Source: Oligoflexales bacterium (GTDB lineage: Bacteria; Bdellovibrionota_B; Oligoflexia; Oligoflexales; Bog-1112). From it: a stretch of DNA of 34,925 nt. The position numbers and the translations under genes are program-made. Numbering within the stretch: the first letter of the stretch is position 1; every line of letters begins with the position of its first letter. Shown piece after piece: positions 8,992 through 19,400 of this stretch. Location: contig JBGCDR010000393.1 in assembly GCA_045105515.1 (NCBI GenBank), forward strand, positions 1 through 34,925, given 5' to 3'. The notes beneath the pieces were generated by a model. That model made no database searches. It was not told the origin of the DNA and saw nothing but the letters and a program-made list of their open reading frames with translations.

Positions 8992-9021
8992 CTAACAAAC
9001 CCACACCTAGTGAGTTTTTAG
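8992..9021 (-). terminator. Hairpin between convergent genes, probable terminator for the mltD-like gene
   Basis: Minus-strand stem AAACUCAC/GUGGGUUU, 5-nt loop. Confidence 0.4.
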
Positions 9022-9054
9022 TATGCTGAGCGATCACAGATTTAACCGAGCCAC

Positions 9055-10407
9055 TTATCGTTTAATTTGAGCTACAGGTGGGATAGGAACAGCAATCAGT
9101 TTGCCAATCCTTAGACGTCTTGGAGAAAGACTGCGATTGAACTGCATAAGCTTCCTAACAGACACTCGATATTGGCTCGCAATGCGGCCCAAAGTTTCTC
9201 CCTTACGGATTTTATGCATATGAACATCTTTTATGTGTAACTTCGACAGACGTGGCAAGACTTCGGCAACTCTATTTGCATGACTAGATGCAATTCGTAA
9301 AGGATAACCATCTTTTGCATGCCACCTGGGAGGAGTGATACCTCGAAGCAATTCTGGGTTCCATTTCTTTAGCAAGCTCCTACTGATACCTAAGTGATCA
9401 GCAAGCTCATTCAATTGAACTGGCTCTTTAATATAAGCTATGGAATCTGGCATTTGATCCAAATGATGAGCTTTTACATCAAATCCATATTTTTGTGGAC
9501 TTACTCCAAGCAATAATGCAGCCAACATTTTCGGCACATAGTTTCTAGTTTCTAGTCGCCAATAGCGGCTCCTAATAATTCTCCAAAAGTCATTAGTTCT
9601 TAAGCGACGTATTGCATAATTAACTTTACCAGGACCTGCATTATAAGCAGACATAGCCAGATACCAATTGCCGAATCGGCTATAAAGATCCCTGAGATAA
9701 GCCGCGGCTGCTGTGGTTGCTTTCAACGGATCTTTACGTTCGTCAACCCAGTAATTTATCTTTAAACCATACATTTTAGCGGTACCTGCAACGAATTGCC
9801 AGGGGCCACTTGCTCTAGCTTTAGAGTAAGCGCTGTTACTAAATCCAGACTCAATCATTGCAAGATAAAATAACTCTTTCGGCATACCTTCTTTAGCTAA
9901 AATGGGCATAATAGTTGACTTGACTGACTCTCCTCGCACTAACCATTTTATAAAAGAATGCCTGCCTTTAGTCTTGAAATAGCTTATCCAAAACTGCACT
10001 TCTGGAGTGACCACTACAGGAATTGAGCCAAAGTAATCTTCTGTCCTAGGAGCAAGACGTGAAGCAGCGTGATGAAGTGCTGAGTTTTCTCGGTACCGTC
10101 GCCATCTTCCTGAGCTTAAACGCTTGCGCTTGTGCTTCACATCAAAGCCAGTATAGAACTCATTTTTCAAATAAGTTGTATAGATATCATCCTTGCAAAA
10201 CCCTTCACCAAGAAGATCTTGGCTGTCTTTTTCAATTTGGCTTGCGTTCAAAGGGTCGTCTTGCTGATTTTCGGTTTGATCAACAACTAATGGCTTAACT
10301 TTTTCTGAGATACTCTTATCCTCAAGGCCCACGCAGGCAGACATTAGAGTACAGAGGATAAACAACCTTGAGCAAGTCCCTAATAGGTACCGATTTAACA
10401 ACATCAA
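9055..10407 (-). CDS. mltD: Membrane-bound lytic murein transglycosylase D-like lipoprotein (SLT + LysM)
   Basis: Lipobox MSAC; LAMIESGF, GPWQF, DERKDP, AYNAGPG, ETRNYVPK; C-terminal LysM HKIRKGETLGRIA. Confidence 0.9.
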   Translation of the reverse strand: MMLLNRYLLGTCSRLFILCTLMSACVGLEDKSISEKVKPLVVDQTENQQDDPLNASQIEKDSQDLLGEGFCKDDIYTTYLKNEFYTGFDVKHKRKRLSSGRWRRYRENSALHHAASRLAPRTEDYFGSIPVVVTPEVQFWISYFKTKGRHSFIKWLVRGESVKSTIMPILAKEGMPKELFYLAMIESGFSNSAYSKARASGPWQFVAGTAKMYGLKINYWVDERKDPLKATTAAAAYLRDLYSRFGNWYLAMSAYNAGPGKVNYAIRRLRTNDFWRIIRSRYWRLETRNYVPKMLAALLLGVSPQKYGFDVKAHHLDQMPDSIAYIKEPVQLNELADHLGISRSLLKKWNPELLRGITPPRWHAKDGYPLRIASSHANRVAEVLPRLSKLHIKDVHMHKIRKGETLGRIASQYRVSVRKLMQFNRSLSPRRLRIGKLIAVPIPPVAQIKR

Positions 10408-10515
10408 CTTCCTTACTATTCAAGTAATTTCAGCGCCGAAAGCATGATATTTAAAATAAATGAAATCCAATAGATCTTTTTAAATAGATAAGTCAGCTTT
10501 TTAAGCATACACAGA

Positions 10516-11469
10516 CTAGTTTAGCACATAGCGAAAATTGCCTTTAATGTTAATTTTCGAACCGAAACCTTTGGGAAGAGGGGCAAAAGGGGCAGCAAGT
10601 TCAATGGCATCAACAATTGCAGAATCGAGAATTCTATGACCAGAAGTATCAAGGACCATAATTCTTGATACTTTGCCATCCTTGTCGATAGTAAACTTTA
10701 TGTACACATTCCCATAGAGCCCTCTTCTCAAGGCTGGCGCAGGATAAGTCCAGGTCAACTCAATAGATTTTCGGAGGTTTGTAAAATACCCAATATACCG
10801 GTATTCCTGGGTATTCAGATCAATTGCATTACCTATCTCGAGATCGTCTTCAATATAATCTTGGTATCCCGCCTTCACTTGATCACTCATTTGTGCCATC
10901 GAGTTGTTGAGGAGATTTTCGTAAGCATTTCTTGCTTTTAGCTTCCTAGGAACCGCGACCTTCCCCCCAGGATTAGTTAAAAGACGCCGACTCTTTTTTT
11001 CCCGAGGCCTAGCAATCTTCTGAACTTTTTTCTTAGTTGGCTGCTTTGCACCAGAGCTTTTCTTTCTCTTTTTTTGGGCAACCTTGTCTGATGCCCTAGC
11101 CGGATCAAGCCCTTTTGTTATTGGCTGTTTCTTTATTTTAGTCTCTTTATTTGTCTTATGATTGTTGTGGCCAAGTCGAGACTTACTAGGATCAGGGGTT
11201 TCTTTGGTTTTTTCTTGAACAACTTCCACAAGTTCTTTATTTTTTACTGTTGCTTCTGTTTTTTTAGGAGTAACTTTGAACTTTATTGTTGACTTCTGCC
11301 GCTTTTTCTTGGCCAGATCTGTTGATTTATTCTCCTGGTAGCTTGGCAAACTCACTAGGCTGACGAGATGGAGCAGCCATGAAAAAGCTAGAAAAATGAG
11401 GGTTAAGCCTACTCCAGAGCTTGGCAGGAGAGAAGACTTCTGAGATTTTGACTCGGTGTTCCTAAACAC
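10516..11469 (-). CDS. TonB-family energy transducer-like protein
   Basis: N-terminal TM with His, Lys-rich linker, TonB_C domain (WTYP..A..RG..GNV.IKFTIDKDG...SGH..LD.A..A.PF.PLP). Confidence 0.85.
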   Translation of the reverse strand: MFRNTESKSQKSSLLPSSGVGLTLIFLAFSWLLHLVSLVSLPSYQENKSTDLAKKKRQKSTIKFKVTPKKTEATVKNKELVEVVQEKTKETPDPSKSRLGHNNHKTNKETKIKKQPITKGLDPARASDKVAQKKRKKSSGAKQPTKKKVQKIARPREKKSRRLLTNPGGKVAVPRKLKARNAYENLLNNSMAQMSDQVKAGYQDYIEDDLEIGNAIDLNTQEYRYIGYFTNLRKSIELTWTYPAPALRRGLYGNVYIKFTIDKDGKVSRIMVLDTSGHRILDSAIVDAIELAAPFAPLPKGFGSKINIKGNFRYVLN

Positions 11470-11681
11470 AGGAATTCACTCCTCAGTCTCACAAAATTAG
11501 GAAAGCCCCTGCTTTACCATAAAGTCAAGCACAGTGGCTAGCACCATTTCATTCAAGGGGTAAGTCTCATCATGGTACATTGGTTTTATTCAAAATTGAA
11601 ACTCTCTTTCCCTCAACTTTTTATGGTATCGGTAAGAAGTGAGCAAGGTTAAAGAAAATCATTCCACTCAAGGAGTAATTC

Positions 11682-12437
11682 ATGTGGATCAAACGAATAA
11701 CTTGTTTATTTTACTTGGGACTGGCTCTTAGCTGTAGCGAAAAACAATTTGACCCAGACAACCCATCAAAGTCATACACATTGGCGAAAGAGCCCTATGA
11801 CGATGAAAACTACGAAATTGCACTCACAAAACTTGGTGAGTTCAAGTCTCGCTTTCCTTACAGTAAATATGCCACAGATGCAGAGCTACTCATGGCAAAT
11901 AGCCATTTTGAGTTGGAACAATATGCTGAAGCTACAGCATCTTACAAACAATTTATTAAGCTACATCCAAACCATCCGAAAAACTCCTTCGCCCAATATC
12001 GGATAGGCCAATCCTATTGGGCTGATGCCCCTGAAGAGGTCAACCGTGAGCAAGATCTTACAGCTCGTGCAATTGCTGAATGGGAAATACTAGTAAAATC
12101 ATACCCAAAGAGCGAACACACTCCTAAAGCGCTTGAGTTGATAAAGAAAGGGAAAAGAAGGATGGCGGAATCCGAACGCTTTATTGCAGAGTTTTATTGC
12201 AGGCAAGAAATTTGGCATGCTTGTGCCTATCGCTATGTTACATTAGCAGACACTGCTCCTATTGAATTTAAAGACCTCATAAAAACTGCTTTAGAAGAGG
12301 CATCTTTTGCTTTTGAAAAAATGGCTGCAGACTGGAATGTTGAAGCCAAAGATAAGAATCTATACTACCGAAAAATGTCAAAAGAGCAGCTTGCAAAACA
12401 AAGTAAAGCACTCAAGGAAAAATCGGCAAAGCTATAA
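11682..12437 (+). CDS. bamD: Outer membrane protein assembly factor BamD
   Basis: Lipobox LALSC; TPRs with RFPYSKYA, FIKLHPNHP, REQDLT, YPKSEH, ERFIAEFY; AGGAG SD. Confidence 0.9.
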   Translation: MWIKRITCLFYLGLALSCSEKQFDPDNPSKSYTLAKEPYDDENYEIALTKLGEFKSRFPYSKYATDAELLMANSHFELEQYAEATASYKQFIKLHPNHPKNSFAQYRIGQSYWADAPEEVNREQDLTARAIAEWEILVKSYPKSEHTPKALELIKKGKRRMAESERFIAEFYCRQEIWHACAYRYVTLADTAPIEFKDLIKTALEEASFAFEKMAADWNVEAKDKNLYYRKMSKEQLAKQSKALKEKSAKL

Positions 12438-12532
12438 CTAAAATTCTTCCTTCCCCTTTTTTTCGTATTCTACACGAAATTTCAACACCATTATTTTGTT
12501 CAATTAATTCAGATGTATATAAATAATCTTGG

Positions 12533-12550
12533 TTGACCGGCCAAGGTCAA
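12533..12550. promoter_or_regulatory. Palindromic putative operator upstream of the metalloprotease gene
   Basis: TTGACC-GGCCAA-GGTCAA perfect 6-6-6 inverted repeat; left arm is -35-like. Confidence 0.35.
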
Positions 12551-12627
12551 GAAGGTATGTATGTCCTATGTCACTTTGACTTTCCAATAGAATAGTACAC
12601 GAACCAACGCACCAAGGAGGCCCTACT

Positions 12628-15600
12628 ATGCATAGGCTCGAAAAAGTTCTATGGCTAGCAATGCTGCAACTAGGATTTCTATTCTTAATATCAGCATGTG
12701 GAAACCATAAGGATAGCGTAGAAAAGGCCTTTACTATTAAAACTCTAGAATCTGAACAAGATTTTTATGCACCTCGCAATATCAAGGATTCATTTGTGTT
12801 ATCACCCCCAAGCGTGATGGATGTCGATGCAAGTACAGGCATAAGGTCTTTTATACTAGATCAAAAGACAGAAGATCTGAAAGATCCCAGGCAACCTAAG
12901 CACGAAAACAACAACTCTTTTATTCCACCTTACCATCCAGAAGGTTTACAAACTTTAGGAATCAAAAAAGCATCTCTGGATAAAGAGTTTCTTCTGAGAA
13001 CCAACCTAATCCAAGGTGGACTTGCTCCTGATTTCCATAATCTGAAGTCACGAATAGTCGCATTCACTCTTAAATCTGGAAGACTATTTTTAGTAGAGGC
13101 AACACAAGGACATGCTTATTACCATGATCTCCCACAGCAGTTAATTCTTACTGACTTTGAAATCGATCATGAAGATCAAGAAACTATCTACTTTAACTTC
13201 AACTCGGGAATGGGTAAGCTTTATACATTAGAAGACTGGTATGCTCAGGATTTCTCTGGTTCTGATCCAGCTCACTTTTCGGAACAATTTGAAGCCGTAA
13301 AAATCGCCAATAGTTACTCAGAAACAGTCTCGTTCAATGAGGAAAAAGAATATTTATTTGTAAAGCAAATAGCTCAAATCCAAGAGAGTAACGCATTCTT
13401 GCCAGTGGAAGTTCGCTATTATTTTCACCCCTATGAACCTAGCAAAGATTTCGTACCAACCGTGTCTCCTAAAAATAAAAAAAACTATGGATTTTTTGAA
13501 GTAAATCCAACTATATCTCATGAAACTAAGAAAGCGAGAACATTTGCTAGTAAATTTAATATCAACAAACCAGTTGTTTTTGCAATATCACACAACACAC
13601 CAGCTGACTATCGAGATACAATCAAAGAGGGAATTCTTTACTGGAATAAAGCTCTAGGTCAAGAATTCATTAAAGTAGTTGATGCTCCTAAAGGTCTAAC
13701 TGCACCTCAGTATGATTACAATATGGTTCAATGGATCGACTGGGATGATGCAAGTCATGCTTATGCTGATGCCCAAATGGATCCTAGAACAGGTGAAATT
13801 TTGAATGTTCAAATCTATATGAGCAGCGTATTTGCAATCAAAGGAAAACAACAGGCCCGTGAAGCGATTCGTAAATTGCTAGCATCACATTCAAACGAGA
13901 TAGAAACTTCTAGTCGGTCTTATCTAGAACAACTAATAAAAGGCAATGAAAAGGATAAAATAAGATCTTACTTGCAAAATATCAAAGAAAATCAAAGCCG
14001 AAAAAGAAAAATAGGCCTTAGAGGTTTTTTTCAAAAACCCATGTGTAATCACTCTCACCTCGAATCGCTGGCATTAACTATGTCAGAATTACTCAATGAA
14101 AATCTGTCGGATGAAGTTTTCTTTGAAGTCTCTAAAGATCACCTACGAGATGCCATCGCCCACGAAGTAGGTCACACATTAGGTCTGCGACACAACTTTG
14201 CCGGATCTCTTGCAGGCAATTTCTCTCTTGATGAGCGAGACAAGATTTTTGCGCAGTATGTCCAAAACATTAAAACTCCAGACAATCTCATTGTAACTAG
14301 CTCTATAATGGACTATATGCCCTTCCAAGAATCTGCGATTGCTGGTAATCAAGTCAAAAATGGTAAAAGCGCATTTTCATATGATGAAATGGCTATTAAA
14401 ATCCTTTACAACGATAAGACAATCTCTGATTTTGAAAATATCCCTTTATTTTGTACTGACAGCCATACAAATCGATACGTTGACTGTAAGGTTTGGGATA
14501 TTGGGCCTTCACCAATCGCATATAGTAAATATATGACCGATAAAAATCTGAAGGATTTTCCCAAGATGCTGGCTGAATACTTTATCTCCAACTCAAAATC
14601 ATTAGAGCCTGATGAAGAGCCCCTCCCATTTGACCATGTACTTATGCCCTCTATACGCTGGTCAATTAATCTGCTCAATCCTAGGTTAAGAGCCCTCGAA
14701 TCCTTAATAAGAGGAAGTAGATCATTACGTTTAGATCGGGAATACGGCTATGTTTCGGAAGGAAATTCTGAAAAAATCAATGAGCGTTTTGCTTCTTGGA
14801 TAAGCGAAGACCTTAAGACCTATGGTGATGGTAAATGGAGCAATATTTTGGATGGTTTACCAAAGAACTATGGGAATTGGGTAACAAATGAATTTTCCAA
14901 GCTGATCCAGAGTAACTCATACAGAAGTGGGATTGGGCCAGGAGGATCTTATAACTTCACAGAATCAGAAATAGAAATGATGTGCAAAGCTGTTGCAGAA
15001 TATATGGAAGAAATGGAGCAAAGTCTAGCTGTTGTTGACACCCTCCAGCTATATATCATGGAGAACATTTCCAATCAGGAATTAAAAACTGAGGGAAAAG
15101 ATCTCGACGATGGATTTGTTAGCTACCTTAAAGATAAAGCAAAAGAAATTATCTTCACTCAAAAAGAGATTGAAGATGAAAAAGGACCAATGAAAGAATT
15201 TCAAGTTGGTTTGCTCGAAGTTCAAGCTAAAGCAAAGGTTGAAGCTAATACTCAACGAGAATATTTAGGCAAGATGCTCTTGATTAAAACAATTATGGAA
15301 AAAATCGAAATCCCAAGCTTTGTCGTGGATGACCAAGAGTACGCAAAAACCTACTCAGAAGATGAACTCAATCTACTTGCAACAAACAAACTGAATGCTC
15401 AGCTCGAAGAACTACTTGCACAAATTGATCTTAGTCAAGTTTTTCCAGAGGAAACGTCTGAACCAAATCAGGATGAGGATGAGCAGATCATACCTAATCA
15501 AAGTGAAGAGTTGGAAGAGAATCAATTAGACTACATAGATGATCCTATGGAATTAGATGACGAGATGAGTCTGAGCGAAAAAATTGATCTCGATATTAGA

Positions 15601-16149
15601 TCAACCAATTTAGAATTGAACCGCCAGGATCATATTTTTTCCGCTCGATCAGATGCTAATCTGCGTAAAAAACTCATCGCAAAGAAACAATCAATCTCAA
15701 ACCAATGGAATCAAACAATCATGGGACTTAATGGTAACGAAAGTGATCTCAGTGAGACAGACTCCGAAATAGCTGTAGACGATACTAGTTCGATTAAGAC
15801 TTCCTACTCCGAGGAAGAGGAAACGAAACCCTACAGTATTGATGTACCCGTTGCCATATACATGCCTATTTTACTACCTACTTTCAAGTACAAGTTTGAA
15901 ACCAGATATTTGGCTTCGCAGCTTCTTGATACAAAAAAAGGAAATAGCCTCGCATTTGGAATGAAAGATCGCGATAAGCTTGCCGATCAATTTACTAAAC
16001 TCTATAACCATCATCTAAGAAACTTTAAAATAAAAGGTAAGTTACTTTCGAGGCAGCAAAAAAATATTAATACTTGGATTCAGAAAAATGAAAAAATTAT
16101 AGCAAATCTTAGTGATACAAACTTCTTATCAAGCCTCTTAGGGTTTTGA
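12628..16149 (+). CDS. Large zinc-dependent metalloprotease lipoprotein (metzincin, EcxA/DUF4953-like)
   Basis: Lipobox ISAC; DPRTGEIL; HEVGHTLGLRHNF (14161-14193); Met-turn SSIMDY; YD..AI...Y, FCTD. Confidence 0.88.
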   Translation: MHRLEKVLWLAMLQLGFLFLISACGNHKDSVEKAFTIKTLESEQDFYAPRNIKDSFVLSPPSVMDVDASTGIRSFILDQKTEDLKDPRQPKHENNNSFIPPYHPEGLQTLGIKKASLDKEFLLRTNLIQGGLAPDFHNLKSRIVAFTLKSGRLFLVEATQGHAYYHDLPQQLILTDFEIDHEDQETIYFNFNSGMGKLYTLEDWYAQDFSGSDPAHFSEQFEAVKIANSYSETVSFNEEKEYLFVKQIAQIQESNAFLPVEVRYYFHPYEPSKDFVPTVSPKNKKNYGFFEVNPTISHETKKARTFASKFNINKPVVFAISHNTPADYRDTIKEGILYWNKALGQEFIKVVDAPKGLTAPQYDYNMVQWIDWDDASHAYADAQMDPRTGEILNVQIYMSSVFAIKGKQQAREAIRKLLASHSNEIETSSRSYLEQLIKGNEKDKIRSYLQNIKENQSRKRKIGLRGFFQKPMCNHSHLESLALTMSELLNENLSDEVFFEVSKDHLRDAIAHEVGHTLGLRHNFAGSLAGNFSLDERDKIFAQYVQNIKTPDNLIVTSSIMDYMPFQESAIAGNQVKNGKSAFSYDEMAIKILYNDKTISDFENIPLFCTDSHTNRYVDCKVWDIGPSPIAYSKYMTDKNLKDFPKMLAEYFISNSKSLEPDEEPLPFDHVLMPSIRWSINLLNPRLRALESLIRGSRSLRLDREYGYVSEGNSEKINERFASWISEDLKTYGDGKWSNILDGLPKNYGNWVTNEFSKLIQSNSYRSGIGPGGSYNFTESEIEMMCKAVAEYMEEMEQSLAVVDTLQLYIMENISNQELKTEGKDLDDGFVSYLKDKAKEIIFTQKEIEDEKGPMKEFQVGLLEVQAKAKVEANTQREYLGKMLLIKTIMEKIEIPSFVVDDQEYAKTYSEDELNLLATNKLNAQLEELLAQIDLSQVFPEETSEPNQDEDEQIIPNQSEELEENQLDYIDDPMELDDEMSLSEKIDLDIRSTNLELNRQDHIFSARSDANLRKKLIAKKQSISNQWNQTIMGLNGNESDLSETDSEIAVDDTSSIKTSYSEEEETKPYSIDVPVAIYMPILLPTFKYKFETRYLASQLLDTKKGNSLAFGMKDRDKLADQFTKLYNHHLRNFKIKGKLLSRQQKNINTWIQKNEKIIANLSDTNFLSSLLGF

Positions 16150-16175
16150 TTTAATTCCCCTTTAATCTCAAGTGG

Positions 16176-16210
16176 TCTAAAAGTGGTTCATTAATCTAGC
16201 CACTTTTAGA
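16176..16210 (+). terminator. Stem-loop downstream of the metalloprotease gene
   Basis: Perfect 11-bp inverted repeat tctaaaagtgg...ccacttttaga, 13-nt loop. Confidence 0.55.
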
Positions 16211-16416
16211 ATTCATCACAAGCCCTGTAAAAACTTAGATCTTATATTTTCTTGCCGAACCTAAATTGGTGGCACTTCCATTTGATCCTTATGCTTTTGC
16301 ATGAGAATATGCAAAGCGGCATTGTTTTCTTAGTAAACTATAAAAAAAAGCAGTTTTAGACTGCTCTAAGTTGCTTTTAAATTAGTGAGGAACTGATCAT
16401 TTCATCTCCTTCATAC

Positions 16417-19400
16417 TTGATATTTCACACCATTACCTTATCGTACCTCTTACTCTTTGGGTCGGCTATCTCTGCCCAAGAAGAAGGCAACATCTTTGAA
16501 CCACCTAGCAATGCAATTAGACAAAAAGCGCAAACTCTTGGTGAAACATCAGTTAGCGAACCTGCTATTCAAAGCTCTGGCACCATCAAAGAAGTTTCAG
16601 AGAAAAGCATTGAAAAGGAAGATAAAAACAAAGCGCTTCCAAGTAAAAAAGCCACGCTGGGACCACAACTTTTTTTTGATGCCGATTATAGCACCTTCGA
16701 CAAAGAAGGTTTGACTCACCGCTTTGAAGGCAACGTAATTGCAATAGCAGCTAGAATTATAATTTCTGCAGATCGCTTAGTTTTTGACAAAAAAAACAAT
16801 CAAGTATCGGGTGAAGGACATGTTGTGGTTATTGCTCCAAGCCAGGTTATTAGTGGTACGAGTTTGGTTCTTGAAACCAATAGTAATGAGTTCACAATGA
16901 CTAACGCCATGGTTTTAGTTAATGATTCTGAAATATTGCAAAAATATAACCGAGAGATTCTCGGGTTTACCAATCAGGAGCTAACATTCGAAGCTGAGAG
17001 AAAAAACCGACTCAATGAGATCTCCAAAAAAAAGGCATTAATAAGAGATTCGTTCCGAGGTGAAGGAAAAACTAAACCCGAAGATTCTCTTATTGAACGC
17101 TACATAGCATTACTTGAACAAGAAGAGTTGATAAGAAAACAAACAAATTCCAGCCTGGCAAAACTGTCCCCATCCAAAAGAGAATCATTCCAGAGAAGGC
17201 GGAATTTTTGGCAGAAAAGCCGAGGCATCCCCCTTGGTGAGCAGCCATCAATCACCCGTATTGGCTACTTTGTTATCGAAGGTGAATCGATAAAAAGGCT
17301 TACTGAAGAACGGTTCTTGGCTAAACGCGCTTTTTTTTCACCTTGTTTTTGCCAAGAAGATGATACTCCTCCATGGGGCTTCAGAGCCGAAGAAATTCAT
17401 GCTCAGGGAGAAGGCTACGCTGACCTATATCACCCAATCTTAGAAATAAAAGGAATTCCAGTACTTTACCTCCCTTTTCTAAAGATCCCAATGAAGAGCA
17501 AACGCCAATCAGGATTCTTGCTTCCTAGCCTTACCCATAGCAATATAAACGGTTCTATGTACTCTCAACCAATTTTTTTCGCGTTAAATGAAAGTAGTGA
17601 CGCCACGCTCACCACCGATTTAATCGAAAATAGAGGATTAAGATTAGGGCTAGAGTACCGAATTCAAAGTAGACAATATTCCGGTTGGGAGTTTCAATTC
17701 GAATCAATTAGGGACCGGCTTTGGTTAAATGAAAAAGAAAAACGCCTGCTACTAGCTAAAGATTTTAGACAAGGGCTAGAAAGAGCTAGAAATCGAATCG
17801 CTGAAAACCCTGCCACTGAGAATGGGCTTGCTGAGAACGATCCAGAATACCAAACTCTTTCTGATCCGGGGTGGTGGCGTAAGAATGGACTAAATCGCTG
17901 TTTAGCAGAGGAAAGCCACTCACAATGTATGGAGCATGAAATCGATAACCGATTGCAACTACCTAGCAATTCTTGGAGAGGTCAGTTCAAATGGAAGGGG
18001 CAAAGTATTATTGCTCCAAGGTTAAACTTAATTAGTCATGGCACTCTGCTTTCAGATCATCGATATCAAGAAGATCTTTGGGTTCCAAGCTTCTCTGAAA
18101 TTAGTCAAAAAGCCCCTATAGACCTTTATTCTACTTCTCGGGCAAGACTTCATCTTGACGGTGAAAATTTCTACCTTGGAGCTGGGTCTCATTTCTCCGA
18201 CCCCATCTTAGCATTGGAAAAATTTAGCGGATATCAGATCCCTCTATATTTTAAACTTCAATCTAGAATGATCTCATTGTTTGATTCTATGTCACCCCTC
18301 CCCCTTTACCTCCAATCAAGTATCGAAAGCCGGAGAATCGAGGTCTTCACTGAATCAATTTTTGACTCTACACTGACCCGCAATCAAGCTTTACAACGTC
18401 TAGGGAATGGTAGTTGGCAGCGCTTAGCCCTTAAGCTCAAGAGCCCATTAGTTAAAGAGCAAATTATCAGCGCCGACTATTTTTCAGATTTTGAATATCG
18501 CAGCACACAGATCGACCGACTGCATAGAATTCATCATAACTTGGCAACTGGAGCCGAAGATCAGCTCCCAGACTCAAGAGTCGGAGACTCATACCTCCAC
18601 TCAATCGTTTCCGGCATCCACTTCGGCCTCCCTCTTGATGGCCGCTATTCTAGTCCTAGCAGGCAAGATATTCCTTTAGATCACCCTGAAAATACCACCA
18701 GTGTCCTGGAACACAGGATGAACTGGGACGTCACCTTCTCGTTAAGAAGTTATGCTGCTCGCAGAGGCAGCTATGGCACTACCAGCGAATATATCAGCTT
18801 CGATGAACAGACGAACAATTGGTCAGATATCATTGGTGCCAGGACTTTGAGCTATTACCCCAGTGACCAATCCATATATCCAAGCCAGTTAGTTACTTTT
18901 TCCACTACCCATGATTGGATTACTTACCAGCAGGCTTGGAATCTAGTTCCAGGTAGCAAAAAGCAAATCGAAAGCTCTAGCAGTCCTTCAAATAGAGATG
19001 AAACAAGTTCTAATCGTTACACTCGCCTCAAGAAACAAGCTGAACAAGAGCTTATATACAGCCTCGATAGACCAATACTCGGAGTTTCTGACCTATTCAA
19101 TACCGATGGCAGCTTTTCAGCAAACCGTTACCAGCTCACCTCAAAAGATCAGCACGTCCCTCTCCACCTAGAAGCTAGTATCAGCTTTGATTACCTAAAA
19201 GTAACACCGAGAGAAGAGCGAAAAAGCTATAACCGAGACAATGATATCGATACCGCACTACCTGAACCGTGGACTCCACTTGCCAGCAAGGCCATACTGA
19301 GGTTCAAAAGTTGGAGTCTAAATTCTGAAAGCGATTACAACCTATACAAAAAACTCTTTACAAAATTAAACTTCAACCTTAGTCCTCCGTCTTTTTTTCA

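Noticed and set aside
10516..11469. TonB-like gene without exbBD or a receptor as a novel system
   Set aside because: Stand-alone TonB-C proteins are common in diderm genomes; no further support here
16270..16286. TGGCAC sigma54-like site upstream of lptD
   Set aside because: No GC at the required GG-N10-GC position
16296..16315. TTTGCAT-N6-ATGCAAA palindrome upstream of lptD
   Set aside because: Real inverted repeat but AT-rich, with no assignable regulator; too weak to call
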